Positions 21,802 through 31,495 of a DNA stretch of 64,000 nucleotides are shown here, in pieces. Origin of the DNA: Patescibacteria group bacterium (GTDB lineage Bacteria; Patescibacteriota; Minisyncoccia; UBA6257; UBA9933); contig JBBTPY010000006.1 of the NCBI GenBank assembly GCA_038065955.1, forward strand, positions 7,626-71,625, given 5' to 3'. Below the pieces are notes generated by a model. The model saw only the letters and a list, made by a program, of their open reading frames with translations, was not told the DNA's origin and did no database searches. The position numbers were made by a program, and so were the translations under genes. How positions within the stretch are numbered: position 1 is the first letter of the stretch; each line of letters opens with the position of its first letter.

Positions 21802-24800
21802 ATCAAATCGGATTACACAAAAAAATAGACGAGTTGCTGACAAGGGGGCCTGCTGAAGCAAAGCGTGAGGATATCTCTGCTTTGGCTTCAGCTAATCAGG
21901 ACGCACATCAATACTTTTTCACCAAGGCGGATGAGCGTTGGCTTGATTGGCTTTGGGAAAACGGATTTTTGAATGTCGTCAAGCAAAAAGCAGAAGATCC
22001 GACACGCTATGGCTATAGGACGCCGGAGATTAATTATCTTGTGAAAGTTTCCGAGAGAGAGCCAACCAAGGTGGTTGATATTATGCTTGAGGTGCCAATT
22101 TCTGCCGAGAATTTTAACCCCGAAGTAGTGGATAGATTCTTACGCATCTGCAGCGGCCTGCCGGCACCAGAGCTCAAGCGGGTAGTAAAGAAGATCCGTG
22201 ATGAAAGATGGGTTTCGCTTATGGGAGCTTTCAATGATTGGGGTTTTGAGTATGAAAAAATGCTTAAAACATTAACAGAGGCCAGCGACTTTAATAGCGT
22301 TCTTGCTATTGCCGAGGCAATACTTTCCGTGAGAACAAAGGAAGAGGCGGAAAAAACTTCACGCGGATTTTTATCTGATAACCCCTTCTACTTTAAAGAG
22401 CTAAGTTATACAAAAGTATTTGAGTACCTGCTTAAGATAGATGAGAAAAATATAGAGAAAGCGCTTACTCTAATGACCAACGCAATGAAGCAGGTAGTGC
22501 TCTTCGGGGAAAAAGATCATAAAGACGAGGTGTTTAAAGTTTATGATAGTTACTTTTTATTGGATGTAGATTTTTTTGAGCTTGAACTTACCGAGAAAGA
22601 CAGGCTTTCACACGGGGACGATGTTAAAAATCTCGCAGCCGTTATTAAGCATTATGCAGAACAAACCATAGGACAACAGTGCAACAACGAAGAGTTGATC
22701 ACAAAATTATATGATAAGTATTTTGAGCCATTGCCAGATAGCCGTTCTATGTGGCGTCTGCGATTGTTTGTGTTGAGCTTGTGTCCCGAAGCGTTTAAGA
22801 AAAAGCTCAAAAAAGCGTTCTTCCGATTGTTTGAGGTCGAGCGTTATTATAACGAGTTGATTTCTGGCACAGAATATCTAAAAGCATTACGCGTCGGATT
22901 TCCTGTTTTATCTGATACTGATAAGCGTGATTATGTAAAACGGGTCATAGAGTATTTTACAAAAAAAGACCGAGAAAAGGAGAACGAAAAAGAAAATTGG
23001 CACATAGGGTACGGCTCGAGGATTCTTTCAGTAATAGCCGATCAGCTTACTGAAGAAGAAAAACAAGTAGCTGAAAAAGCTAAATTTACCATCCGTTCTA
23101 ATTACGAACCAGAGCCGTCTATAAAAATGGGTGGATTTGCCGGCAGTATAAGGCCGAGAGGTCCGACTACCCAAGAAGCATTTGGGAAACTTCCGATAGA
23201 TGATATTGCACAAAAATTAAGAACTGAATGGAAACCAGAGAAGTTAAGAGAAGAAAACACAAATGAAGATTTTCACAACCCATTAAATGCCGAGGGTGCC
23301 GGCGAATTGTTGCGTATAGATATTTCTAAACGACTGCAAGATTATGTAAACAATGCCAACCTCTTCTTTGAACGGGGTGTATTGGATCAGCATTATACTT
23401 ATTCTTTTCTGCGAGGCATACAGGAGATTCTTCGCGGCAATAAAGCTGATTCTGGCAATATAAATTGGGATAACTTATTAGCTCTCTGTATCACAATAAA
23501 GGAATCTGGTGAGTCCAATCCTTTCGATAATGAAAGGCGCGAACGAGATAGTTTTGATGCGTGGCTTTCTGGCTGGACAGGCGTTCATTCTGCCATGACG
23601 GATGTTGTCCAAGAACTATTAAGTGAAGAAAGAAGTGTTAAAATCGATTTTCCTAAACATCGCGACAAATTTTTAGTGATTATGAGTTATCTACTCGCTT
23701 ATCCCGATCCGATTCCAGCTGATGAAGAGCCGAAAACGGCGACAATGACCACGACTTCTCCCGGCGCGCAAGAACAGATGGTGAGCGATCCGTATTCAAT
23801 GGCAATCAATACAGTGCGTGGCCGAGCATTTCAGGCTTTTGCGCTATTTATGTATCAAGACGGAAAGAAGTTTCCTAAGGAAGAAAAAGTAAAAATTTCT
23901 CCCGATGTAAAAGAGTTGTATGAGGCAGTTCTAAAAAAAGAGCAGACCCGTGCCCTTATGTTTATGTTCGGGCACTATCTGCCATCGTTCTATTTCCGAG
24001 ACAATGAATGGATACAAGGGCTATTCTCGCAGATTTTCCCCGTAGAGTCAGAAAAGAAAAACCTTTATACGGCATCTTGGGAGGGTTATGTCTCAGCCAA
24101 TCTTTATGAGGAGATATTCTTTAATCCAGAAATTCAAAAACTCTATGAACGAGGCCTCGCATTAACAGATGCGGATTATCCAAAGCAAAAGCATTTCAAA
24201 GAGCCGGATGAAGGTGTTGCTGTTCACATTGCGCTCGCTTTTATGCATTTCTCAAAATTTGGCTTTGAGCACGATCTATTCAAAACATTCTGGAGTACGC
24301 CAAATACAGAAAATCATAAAGAGTTCATTTCGTTTATTGGTCGTCATTCTATCTCACGAGAATCGGCTGCGGAATGGATAAAATATAACAAGGTTGATAT
24401 AGAGAAGCTTAAGAAATTCTGGGATTGGGCACTTGAAAACTGCAGCGCCGATGCGCTAATAGGTTTTGGTTTTTGGATCAATACAGAACGCAGTGCGCTG
24501 GATACAAAATGGCTCGCCCGGCATGCGCGCCAAACGCTCGAAAAGACAAAAGGATATGTCGAGTGGGAATATGGATTGATGCGCTCGCTCATGGCATTTG
24601 CTAAAGAAGCGCCGGAAGATACGCTTGCGATTTTGCGTGCTCATATTTTTGAAGAGGTGGCAAAACATGAGCCGGTTAGAACTTGGCTTCACATGGATAC
24701 CGAGGTTTATGACGCTTTCCGAGAACTCTATAAAAATGAGACGACCAAAGAAGGTGTTCGCACACTTATCAACGATCTCTTGCCATACCGCAACGGTATG

Positions 24801-24839
24801 TTTTGGGGGTTGAAGACGATATTAGACGAAACCAAATAA
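21798..24839 (+). CDS. Large alpha-helical hypothetical protein (candidate defence sensor)
   Basis: 1013-aa ORF; YFF...WLDWL..NGF, AINTVRGRA, ASWEGY motifs; no catalytic motif recognised. Confidence 0.75.
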   Translation: MNQIGLHKKIDELLTRGPAEAKREDISALASANQDAHQYFFTKADERWLDWLWENGFLNVVKQKAEDPTRYGYRTPEINYLVKVSEREPTKVVDIMLEVPISAENFNPEVVDRFLRICSGLPAPELKRVVKKIRDERWVSLMGAFNDWGFEYEKMLKTLTEASDFNSVLAIAEAILSVRTKEEAEKTSRGFLSDNPFYFKELSYTKVFEYLLKIDEKNIEKALTLMTNAMKQVVLFGEKDHKDEVFKVYDSYFLLDVDFFELELTEKDRLSHGDDVKNLAAVIKHYAEQTIGQQCNNEELITKLYDKYFEPLPDSRSMWRLRLFVLSLCPEAFKKKLKKAFFRLFEVERYYNELISGTEYLKALRVGFPVLSDTDKRDYVKRVIEYFTKKDREKENEKENWHIGYGSRILSVIADQLTEEEKQVAEKAKFTIRSNYEPEPSIKMGGFAGSIRPRGPTTQEAFGKLPIDDIAQKLRTEWKPEKLREENTNEDFHNPLNAEGAGELLRIDISKRLQDYVNNANLFFERGVLDQHYTYSFLRGIQEILRGNKADSGNINWDNLLALCITIKESGESNPFDNERRERDSFDAWLSGWTGVHSAMTDVVQELLSEERSVKIDFPKHRDKFLVIMSYLLAYPDPIPADEEPKTATMTTTSPGAQEQMVSDPYSMAINTVRGRAFQAFALFMYQDGKKFPKEEKVKISPDVKELYEAVLKKEQTRALMFMFGHYLPSFYFRDNEWIQGLFSQIFPVESEKKNLYTASWEGYVSANLYEEIFFNPEIQKLYERGLALTDADYPKQKHFKEPDEGVAVHIALAFMHFSKFGFEHDLFKTFWSTPNTENHKEFISFIGRHSISRESAAEWIKYNKVDIEKLKKFWDWALENCSADALIGFGFWINTERSALDTKWLARHARQTLEKTKGYVEWEYGLMRSLMAFAKEAPEDTLAILRAHIFEEVAKHEPVRTWLHMDTEVYDAFRELYKNETTKEGVRTLINDLLPYRNGMFWGLKTILDETK

Positions 24840-24843
24840 TTTT

Positions 24844-25161
24844 ATGGACGAAGAAAAAGAGCGGCAAAAAGAAATAAGAGAAAAATTAGAAAGCGAGGGG
24901 CTTGACCCGGACGAATTTGACGAGGAAGAGCGCGAAGAACTCGCCACAGACGAATCACTGCAGAATGTTGTAGCGAACAATGTCCGACAAAGCTCCGAGC
25001 TTGAATTTAAAGGGGTTTTCAACGGCAAGGTTGACGATCAATTTGAAATTGACCGCAAATTGTGGGAACAGCTTACGAATAATCCCGAATTAAATAAGTA
25101 TATTGAGAAAAAAATGTTTAAGTATGTAGCCGATAAGATTTTAGCATTGCGAGAGGAGTAA
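24844..25161 (+). CDS. Small acidic protein resembling a type I HsdR C-terminal region
   Basis: LATDESLQNVVANN...ELEFKGVF...LWEQLTNNPEL...MFKYV. Confidence 0.5.
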   Translation: MDEEKERQKEIREKLESEGLDPDEFDEEEREELATDESLQNVVANNVRQSSELEFKGVFNGKVDDQFEIDRKLWEQLTNNPELNKYIEKKMFKYVADKILALREE

Positions 25162-25357
25162 ATTTTAAGACCCGCCTTTTAGTGACGGGCCTAAGGGTGG
25201 AATCGGGAGATGTATCACGAGCAATCTTTGACTTTACCTCTCCAGAGCCGATTAATCTGTTTTTTTGTGTGTAAGAATGCCTGATATACTGCGTATGGGG
25301 GGAGGACGCCATTCTTGAGGTGAGTTGCCCGATTGGTACCGAACCATTCTTCCGACC

Positions 25358-25498
25358 TTATTTGTGCTTGGTGTGGCCGTGGCCGGGCTTAGGAACGCGT
25401 TCGACAACATGGGTACGGGGATTGTTTCGCGCTTTCTGGACGGTAGTTAACCTGCCGGTATTTGCGCTGCGGCCACGAAGAGTAGTTTTATGAGCCAT
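25358..25498 (-). CDS. 46-aa basic small protein (absent from ORF track)
   Basis: MAHKTTLRGRSANTGRLTTVQKARNNPRTHVVERVPKPGHGHTKHK; A-rich leader; divergent from HTH-Panacea gene. Confidence 0.65.
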   Translation of the reverse strand: MAHKTTLRGRSANTGRLTTVQKARNNPRTHVVERVPKPGHGHTKHK

Positions 25499-25635
25499 TT
25501 TAATTTTCCATCTTAATTTTTAATAAATCGACCTTTTATACTTCCATTTTTAAACCTATTTTACTTGTTGTCAAGGAGTTTTACTTATCCACTTGACAAG
25601 GTTTCTTTACAGGAGTAATATGGTAGTATAAATAC

Positions 25636-26418
25636 ATGGCTACAAACCTATACAAAAAAATAAAGGAGTTGCGTGAGCAAAACAAATTTTCTCAAGAGTA
25701 TCTGGCGGAACAACTCAAGGTCTCCCGTCCTACTTATATGCAGGTTGAAAAGGGCGAGCGAGACATTACCGTACCGGAGGCAAGAAAGCTTGCTCTGGTT
25801 TTTGGCGTGAGTTTAGAAGATTTTCTCGGCGAAGAAGTTTCAGCGCTTCCCGATGTGGTTTTAAAGAAAGAAAAAGCCAAAGAGAAAGAAAGCGATATCC
25901 GCATTATTATGCCTCGAGCGGATGTAAAAAAGTTCAAAGAAGTGCTTCTCTATGTTTTAAGCAAGATTGGAGCAAAACCGAACATTGGAGAGACCGCCCT
26001 CTACAAACTTTTGTATTTTATTGACTTTGATTTCTATGAGAAGTTTGAAGAACAGCTTACCGGGGCGCGATACATAAAAAATCATTACGGCCCCACGCCG
26101 GTTGAATTCAAGAAGATCGTTGAAGGGATGGAGAAAAAAGGAGAGGTTGAGCGCGTTAAATCGAGTTACTTTCAGTACGACCAAAAAAAATATCTGCCGC
26201 GCAGAGAACCCGATCTAAAGAATCTCTCGGCGCAGGAAATTAAACACATTGACGAAGTTCTCGCCCGATTATCAGATAAGAACGCCAACGAGCTGTCCGC
26301 CTATTCGCATAGCGATGTGCCATGGAGAGTACACAAAGCTGGAGAGACGATCAGCTACGAAAGCGTATTTTACCGAGACGAGGATCACTCTGTAAGAAAT
26401 TACGACGATGAACTTTAG
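25636..26418 (+). CDS. XRE HTH fused to Panacea (DUF4065/SocA-like) antitoxin
   Basis: IKELREQ..FSQEYLA..VSRPTY..VEKG; LYKLLYFIDF, YGPTP, ELSAYSHSDVPW. Confidence 0.85.
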   Translation: MATNLYKKIKELREQNKFSQEYLAEQLKVSRPTYMQVEKGERDITVPEARKLALVFGVSLEDFLGEEVSALPDVVLKKEKAKEKESDIRIIMPRADVKKFKEVLLYVLSKIGAKPNIGETALYKLLYFIDFDFYEKFEEQLTGARYIKNHYGPTPVEFKKIVEGMEKKGEVERVKSSYFQYDQKKYLPRREPDLKNLSAQEIKHIDEVLARLSDKNANELSAYSHSDVPWRVHKAGETISYESVFYRDEDHSVRNYDDEL

Positions 26419-26752
26419 TGAAACCAATGAATTTTCAAAAGATTTCAAGCGACTCTCAAAAAAATATAGATCCCTGCCGGATGATTTGCTTGAATTCAAA
26501 AAGATCATATCAGAAATTCCTCTCGGTAGTGGGAAGCACTTTGTAGTGCTTCACGAAAACGAGGAGGTGAAAATTCTAAAGGCGCGCCTATTCTGTAAAT
26601 ATCTCAGGGGCGCGTCTTTGCGTATTATCTACGCATATCGTGAGACTACGGCAACGATTGATTTCATCGAGATTTATTATAAGGGTGAGCAGGCAAACGA
26701 AACTAAGGGCCTGATTAATGACTTTCTGCGCGAGTTAAATAAAAATGGATAA
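26408..26752 (+). CDS. RelE/ParE-fold toxin candidate
   Basis: FSKDFKRLSKKYRSL...LRIIYAY...IEIYYKG; overlaps antitoxin stop. Confidence 0.75.
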   Translation: MNFSETNEFSKDFKRLSKKYRSLPDDLLEFKKIISEIPLGSGKHFVVLHENEEVKILKARLFCKYLRGASLRIIYAYRETTATIDFIEIYYKGEQANETKGLINDFLRELNKNG

Positions 26753-26978
26753 ACTTACAAAAATCAAATGTTTCGGATGCGGAATATTTATTGCCACCGC
26801 TATAGGCGTCGAATCACTGCCTATTATCTGCCCAAAATGTCATCATGTTTCTGCGCCGCATCTCCCGGAGCAAAATTACACCGTGCAATATCGCCAGATA
26901 TCCACCTTCGCAATTTCTGGAATTTCCGATACGGCGACAGCGAGCATTTTGCCGCAGTTTGACGCAGACACCTCATAA
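26745..26978 (+). CDS. Small zinc-ribbon protein
   Basis: CFGC...CPKC; overlaps toxin stop. Confidence 0.55.
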   Translation: MDKLTKIKCFGCGIFIATAIGVESLPIICPKCHHVSAPHLPEQNYTVQYRQISTFAISGISDTATASILPQFDADTS

Positions 26979-27151
26979 CCGGTTTATAAATTTAGCTTAA
27001 TGGATAAACGCATATACCCGGGCCTTTTAGAAGCATTTATAAGCAATGGCAAAATAGCTTTAGAATATGCGGCTGGAAAGGCAAAATCTGGCTAAGGTTT
27101 GTTATAGGCAATTCATGGCAATGGTGGTCGCGATGCAGTGGTAATCTTATA

Positions 27152-27180
27152 CAATCTCATATAGTTGATATATGAGATTG
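27152..27180. promoter_or_regulatory. Perfect 12-bp inverted repeat (operator-like)
   Basis: CAATCTCATATA-GTTGA-TATATGAGATTG. Confidence 0.6.
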
Positions 27181-27213
27181 GCCACAAGCGGAAACAAGCG
27201 TTATACCAACAAT

Positions 27214-27531
27214 ATGGCAAAAAGGACTACAAAAAAACTCCATTCCGATGATAGGTTCAATACTGATTTTTGGAGAGAGCAGAGGAGGAAGACATTGATT
27301 GAGAGCACAGGAGCGTCCGTGCGGCTTTCTGGTTTAAAAATTACCAACGAGGAGGTGGAAAAAATTATTGATTCTGACAAGAGTAAAAAACTGTACCAAT
27401 GCTCGGAGTGCGGCTTCCACTATGCCGAGATGGAATGGGCAGAGAAATGCGAGGCGTGGTGCCGGAAACATAAGAGTTGCAATATCGAGATCACCGCTCA
27501 TGCCGAGGAAAACAAGAAGCCGGGTAAGTAA
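27214..27531 (+). CDS. Fic N-terminal-like helix fused to Cys-rich zinc domain
   Basis: LIESTGASVRLSGLKITNEEV plus YQCSECGFHY...CEAWC..HKSC; start taken at MAK like its paralogue. Confidence 0.7.
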   Translation: MAKRTTKKLHSDDRFNTDFWREQRRKTLIESTGASVRLSGLKITNEEVEKIIDSDKSKKLYQCSECGFHYAEMEWAEKCEAWCRKHKSCNIEITAHAEENKKPGK

Positions 27532-27588
27532 TCCCAGCTTCTCAATCAAGTTGATAGCATTCGGCTAAATTGATATTATATAAGTACC

Positions 27589-29112
27589 ATGAAAACTATA
27601 AAATCTATTTTTATTTCGATCCTATTTATTCCTGTTTTGGCTTTTGCCCATGAGCCGGCGGCATTGCCAAATGCAGGGCTTACTCCCGAAAGCGCTTTTT
27701 ACTTTGTTGATAAACTCGGCGAAGCATTGCGCGAATTCTTCACTTTTAACCCGGAGGCAAAAGCCCATCTTCAGATTGATTTTGCCGCCGAGCGAATCGC
27801 TGAGATAAAAATTATCTTAGAGACCAAGGGCGTGAATGCCAAGGGGTTAGAGGTGGCTCAATCCCGGCTTCAGGCAAACATTGCCAAGGCCGCTGGTATT
27901 ATTGAAGGCGAAAAATCCAAAGGGAAAGACGTAAGCGAGCTCGCAAAAAGCATTAGCGATGATTTTGATGCAAACAAAGAAGCCCTCAAGCAAGCTTTCA
28001 AAGATCAAGAACGCGCTCTTGAGGCAAAAGAAGACGAGCTTAAAGCAAAAATCCGCGAGGCAAGACGGGCCGGCGATACCGCTCAAGTTGAGGCGTTGGT
28101 AAAAGAACTCGGTGAAATTAAGGCTCAAAAAGAACTCTTGGAGCTCAAAGAAGAAGAGCAGGAAGATGCCTTAGAACAAGAAGAAGAAAAGATTGAAAGG
28201 GAGATGGATAAAAAGGAAGACGCGGAAAAGGCCATAAAAGAAGTTGAAGAGGAAAAGCAGGAATTGTTAGGTATAGTGGTTATGGATGGGAGTGGAGGTG
28301 ACGACATGACAGGGATAGTGGTCATGGACGGGAGCGGAAGCGATGACCTGTCGCAAATTTTTACTAAATTTGACCGACTACTTGCCCAAGCGAAAGAACT
28401 CTTTGCCAAAGAGAATTATGTCGGGGCAAAGCAATTAGCCAAGCAGGCAGAAAAAATCCTTGACGAGGTAGAAGACGCCATTGAAGATTTAGAAGAAGCG
28501 AAAGAAGAGGAAGATGAGTTGAAAGAAGAACAAGAAGAACAAACGAAGGAGGGGGCTGAAAAAGAAGCCGAGCGTTTAGAAAATGGGCAAAGACAAAAAG
28601 AAGCCGAAAAACAGCAAGAAGAAGCCGAGGAGCAAAGTAACGAAGCAGGTGGGGCACGGATTGTAAATCCTACGGAAAATCCATCAACCAGTAGTAATCC
28701 GCCAACGGCAAAAGACACCGGTGACTATACATTTACGATCACGGGCCGTGTGACGGATAATACATACGACCCTTCGGGAATGACGGACGGTGTTCTAGCG
28801 CCCGCTGGCGTTGTCATTCGCGCCATTGGTCCTAAAACAGTTACGACACAAACACGAACTGACGGTTCCTATACTCTCTCTTTCACGAACACGCCGCTCG
28901 GCACTTATGATGTGTGCATAACTCCTCCTTCTGGATATACGACGAATCCACTCTCCATTTCGAATTCAGAGTCAGGATGCGATAATGTGGTTGTACGATT
29001 ACGCAATGATACAACCCTTGATTTCTTTTATGGTGGTGGGCGCGCATCCCACGCGACCATTTATTTCGACTTACGGCGTACGGGGTCAGCCGAAAAGCCC
29101 ATCAACTGGTAG
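27589..29112 (+). CDS. Secreted DUF5667-type coiled-coil surface protein with C-terminal beta-sandwich
   Basis: Signal peptide; LPNAGLTPESAFYFVDKLGE; AAERIAE; E/K coiled coil; ITGRVTD...TRTDGSY..GTYDV. Confidence 0.8.
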   Translation: MKTIKSIFISILFIPVLAFAHEPAALPNAGLTPESAFYFVDKLGEALREFFTFNPEAKAHLQIDFAAERIAEIKIILETKGVNAKGLEVAQSRLQANIAKAAGIIEGEKSKGKDVSELAKSISDDFDANKEALKQAFKDQERALEAKEDELKAKIREARRAGDTAQVEALVKELGEIKAQKELLELKEEEQEDALEQEEEKIEREMDKKEDAEKAIKEVEEEKQELLGIVVMDGSGGDDMTGIVVMDGSGSDDLSQIFTKFDRLLAQAKELFAKENYVGAKQLAKQAEKILDEVEDAIEDLEEAKEEEDELKEEQEEQTKEGAEKEAERLENGQRQKEAEKQQEEAEEQSNEAGGARIVNPTENPSTSSNPPTAKDTGDYTFTITGRVTDNTYDPSGMTDGVLAPAGVVIRAIGPKTVTTQTRTDGSYTLSFTNTPLGTYDVCITPPSGYTTNPLSISNSESGCDNVVVRLRNDTTLDFFYGGGRASHATIYFDLRRTGSAEKPINW

Positions 29113-29257
29113 TAACTCACTATTGATGGTCATATTACTTATGATCACGGACCACGCTTATGATGTCACGGCAATGACACTGAGCGGTAGTTTTTCTTAT
29201 TGTCATTGCGAGAAAATTTGGTAAATAATATAAATTCAAAAAGAATTTGCCGCCTCA

Positions 29258-29331
29258 GCCGGAGGCTGATCTGCCTCGGGCGGAAAAGAAAAACTTGTCA
29301 TGCCTGAGGCAGATCCGCCTCTGGCGGAAAA
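29258..29331. repeat. Two ~30-bp copies of a GC-rich short interspersed repeat
   Basis: GCCGGAGGCTGATCTGCCTCGGGCGGAAAA and GCCTGAGGCAGATCCGCCTCTGGCGGAAAA (26/30). Confidence 0.75.
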
Positions 29332-30034
29332 TCGTTCTTTCCGCTCCGGTTCAAGGGAGCAATCCCCGCCGTTTTATAACGTGGCCCATGCCCCTGACTC
29401 GTTGAAGTCGGCACTACACGAGATACAGCTCGCAGAACACATCTTCGAAAGGAGGAAACAGGTGAACGAAAGCCGCTTCAGCAGTAAGATGGTCTTCGCT
29501 CTGACTGGCATGAGTGAGTGCGGAAAAAGTACTGTTGGTAAGTATCTCGACTCCAAGGGCATCGCGCGTCTCAAGATTGTGAAGCTTTTCGAAAGAGTCC
29601 GCGACAAGTGGTCTTCCGATGAAGAACTCTACGCGTTCGTGAGACGGCAGGAGGAACGCGACCCCCATGCTTTATGGGACGCGTTCGTCGACGAGCTGGC
29701 TACGGAGATGGATCGCCTCAGCACTAATGCCGCCTCAATCGAAAGTTTGTACGGCGGCGGACTGGGTCCATACCTCAAACAAAAGCTCGATCGACACTTC
29801 TGTGTCGTATTCCTGGACATGCCCTTAGAGATTCGTCTTGTTCGCCAGATGCAACGTGAAGGCCTTTCTGATATGGATAGTGCCCGAAAGCATCTTCTGC
29901 CACGAGATAAAATCAAGGAAAAGTCGGGAATCCCGGCGCTCAAGGAAATCGCGGGCGAAGTGGTTGACAATTCTGGGACGCTCAAGGAGCTCTACCAGAA
30001 AATAGATCAACTGGTTCAGAGATATTTCCCGTAA
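29300..30034 (+). CDS. P-loop nucleotide kinase (dephospho-CoA/NMP kinase-like) preceded by an NDK-like remnant; probably 5'-truncated
   Basis: GMSECGKST Walker A, EIRLVR lid; upstream NVAHAPDS..SA..EI resembles the NDK catalytic His motif; first codons come from the repeat. Confidence 0.7.
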   Translation: MPEADPPLAENRSFRSGSREQSPPFYNVAHAPDSLKSALHEIQLAEHIFERRKQVNESRFSSKMVFALTGMSECGKSTVGKYLDSKGIARLKIVKLFERVRDKWSSDEELYAFVRRQEERDPHALWDAFVDELATEMDRLSTNAASIESLYGGGLGPYLKQKLDRHFCVVFLDMPLEIRLVRQMQREGLSDMDSARKHLLPRDKIKEKSGIPALKEIAGEVVDNSGTLKELYQKIDQLVQRYFP

Positions 30035-30037
30035 CCC

Positions 30038-30070
30038 AAGCGGCTCTTTCGAAAGATAGAGCCGCTTTTT
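30038..30070 (+). terminator. Rho-independent terminator
   Basis: AAGCGGCTCT-loop-AGAGCCGCTT followed by T-run. Confidence 0.75.
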
Positions 30071-30103
30071 CCAATCCACGCTAAAAACCGCTATAATACA
30101 ACT

Positions 30104-31495
30104 ATGAAATTTGACGAAAACGATCAAATTGAATATTTGCCAAACGGCATAAAACATGAATCTGCTGGAGGTTTTGTGTTTTTTGAAGATGACAAAACTC
30201 ACGAGTTGTTTGTAGCTTTATTACGTAAACCAGACGGACACTATCTCATCCCAAAAGGCCACGTCAGAAAAGGTGAAGAAACAAAGGATGCGGCTGTAAG
30301 AGAAGTTATGGAGGAACTTATTCTAAAAGAAAACCCTGAGATTATTTCTTTTCTCAAAATTGATAGTTACACATTTACTCTTGACGATAGCAATGTCACT
30401 CATCATAAAAATGTCCATGTCTACGTTTTTCGGCTTAATAAAAAAGCTGACATTAAGCCTCAAATTGACGAAGGATTTGAGGCTGCGGAATGGATTCCAT
30501 TTGAAAAAGCCGTTGAAAAAATTTCATTTGATAGAGAAAACCTCCTTAAAGCACGACAGTGTTTCTACTACAACAAACCAGTAAAAGCTTTTAAAGACCT
30601 AACAGATATAAAATCCCTGACTATCGCAATTTCCACCCACAACGGTGAATTTACGATATCAAAAACCCTTAAATCGTTAACTGAAAATCTACAAGAGATT
30701 GGAGATTTTTTAAAAAAGGAAGTATTAGTATGCGCAGATCATTGTACCGACAACACCATTTCGGTTGTAGATAATTTTATAAAAAGTAACAAGTTGGACG
30801 ATATACAATTTCATCTGATAAGCAACGACAATGCGAAAGGAAAATCAAACGCTCTGAATAAAATTTTTTCTGCTTCGTCCGGAGAGCTTTTTTGTGCGGT
30901 TGATGATGACGTTATTCTTAAAGAAAAAAGCTTAATTAATCTCATGAGAGCTTTGGTTGAAGAAGAAAGTTTGAGGTGTGTCTTTTCGGCGTGGAAAAGA
31001 TTACCATTTCAAAGCAAAAATCCTTGGAAACTATTTTGGCACTGGATTTTAGGAATTAAATTCGAGGTTAACGAAACAAGCGAAATAATGAGAGGAGCTA
31101 CTATGATGCTGAGAAGAGATAATTTTGTTTATTTGCCAGCAGTGCTTAACGAAGACCAATTCTTGCAATATATGTACTGGCCGCAAACAAAGGAGGTTAA
31201 AGACTCCGTGATTTACTTTAACTCTGTCAGCAGTATTTCTGATTATTATAGAAGATTTATCCGTATAATGGTCGGCTCTAAGCAACTGTCAAAATATCTT
31301 GCTAAGAATAGAATTGATGAATGTTCTAGAGCTCTTTTTCAAAAACTGGAATACCACAGAATCTTGCGCCTGCCTTGGAAGTTAAAGGGTCCTTTTCTGT
31401 TTTACAGATTTATTCGGTTTTGTATAAGTTTGTATGTTAACCTTAAGATTAAATTCATAGACGATTATGAATGGTTTCGATTCAAACAAAATTAA
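30104..31495 (+). CDS. NUDIX hydrolase fused to family 2 glycosyltransferase
   Basis: Nudix box GHVRKGEETKDAAVREVMEE; GT2 motifs DHCTDNT, GKSNALN, DDD, ED. Confidence 0.85.
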   Translation: MKFDENDQIEYLPNGIKHESAGGFVFFEDDKTHELFVALLRKPDGHYLIPKGHVRKGEETKDAAVREVMEELILKENPEIISFLKIDSYTFTLDDSNVTHHKNVHVYVFRLNKKADIKPQIDEGFEAAEWIPFEKAVEKISFDRENLLKARQCFYYNKPVKAFKDLTDIKSLTIAISTHNGEFTISKTLKSLTENLQEIGDFLKKEVLVCADHCTDNTISVVDNFIKSNKLDDIQFHLISNDNAKGKSNALNKIFSASSGELFCAVDDDVILKEKSLINLMRALVEEESLRCVFSAWKRLPFQSKNPWKLFWHWILGIKFEVNETSEIMRGATMMLRRDNFVYLPAVLNEDQFLQYMYWPQTKEVKDSVIYFNSVSSISDYYRRFIRIMVGSKQLSKYLAKNRIDECSRALFQKLEYHRILRLPWKLKGPFLFYRFIRFCISLYVNLKIKFIDDYEWFRFKQN

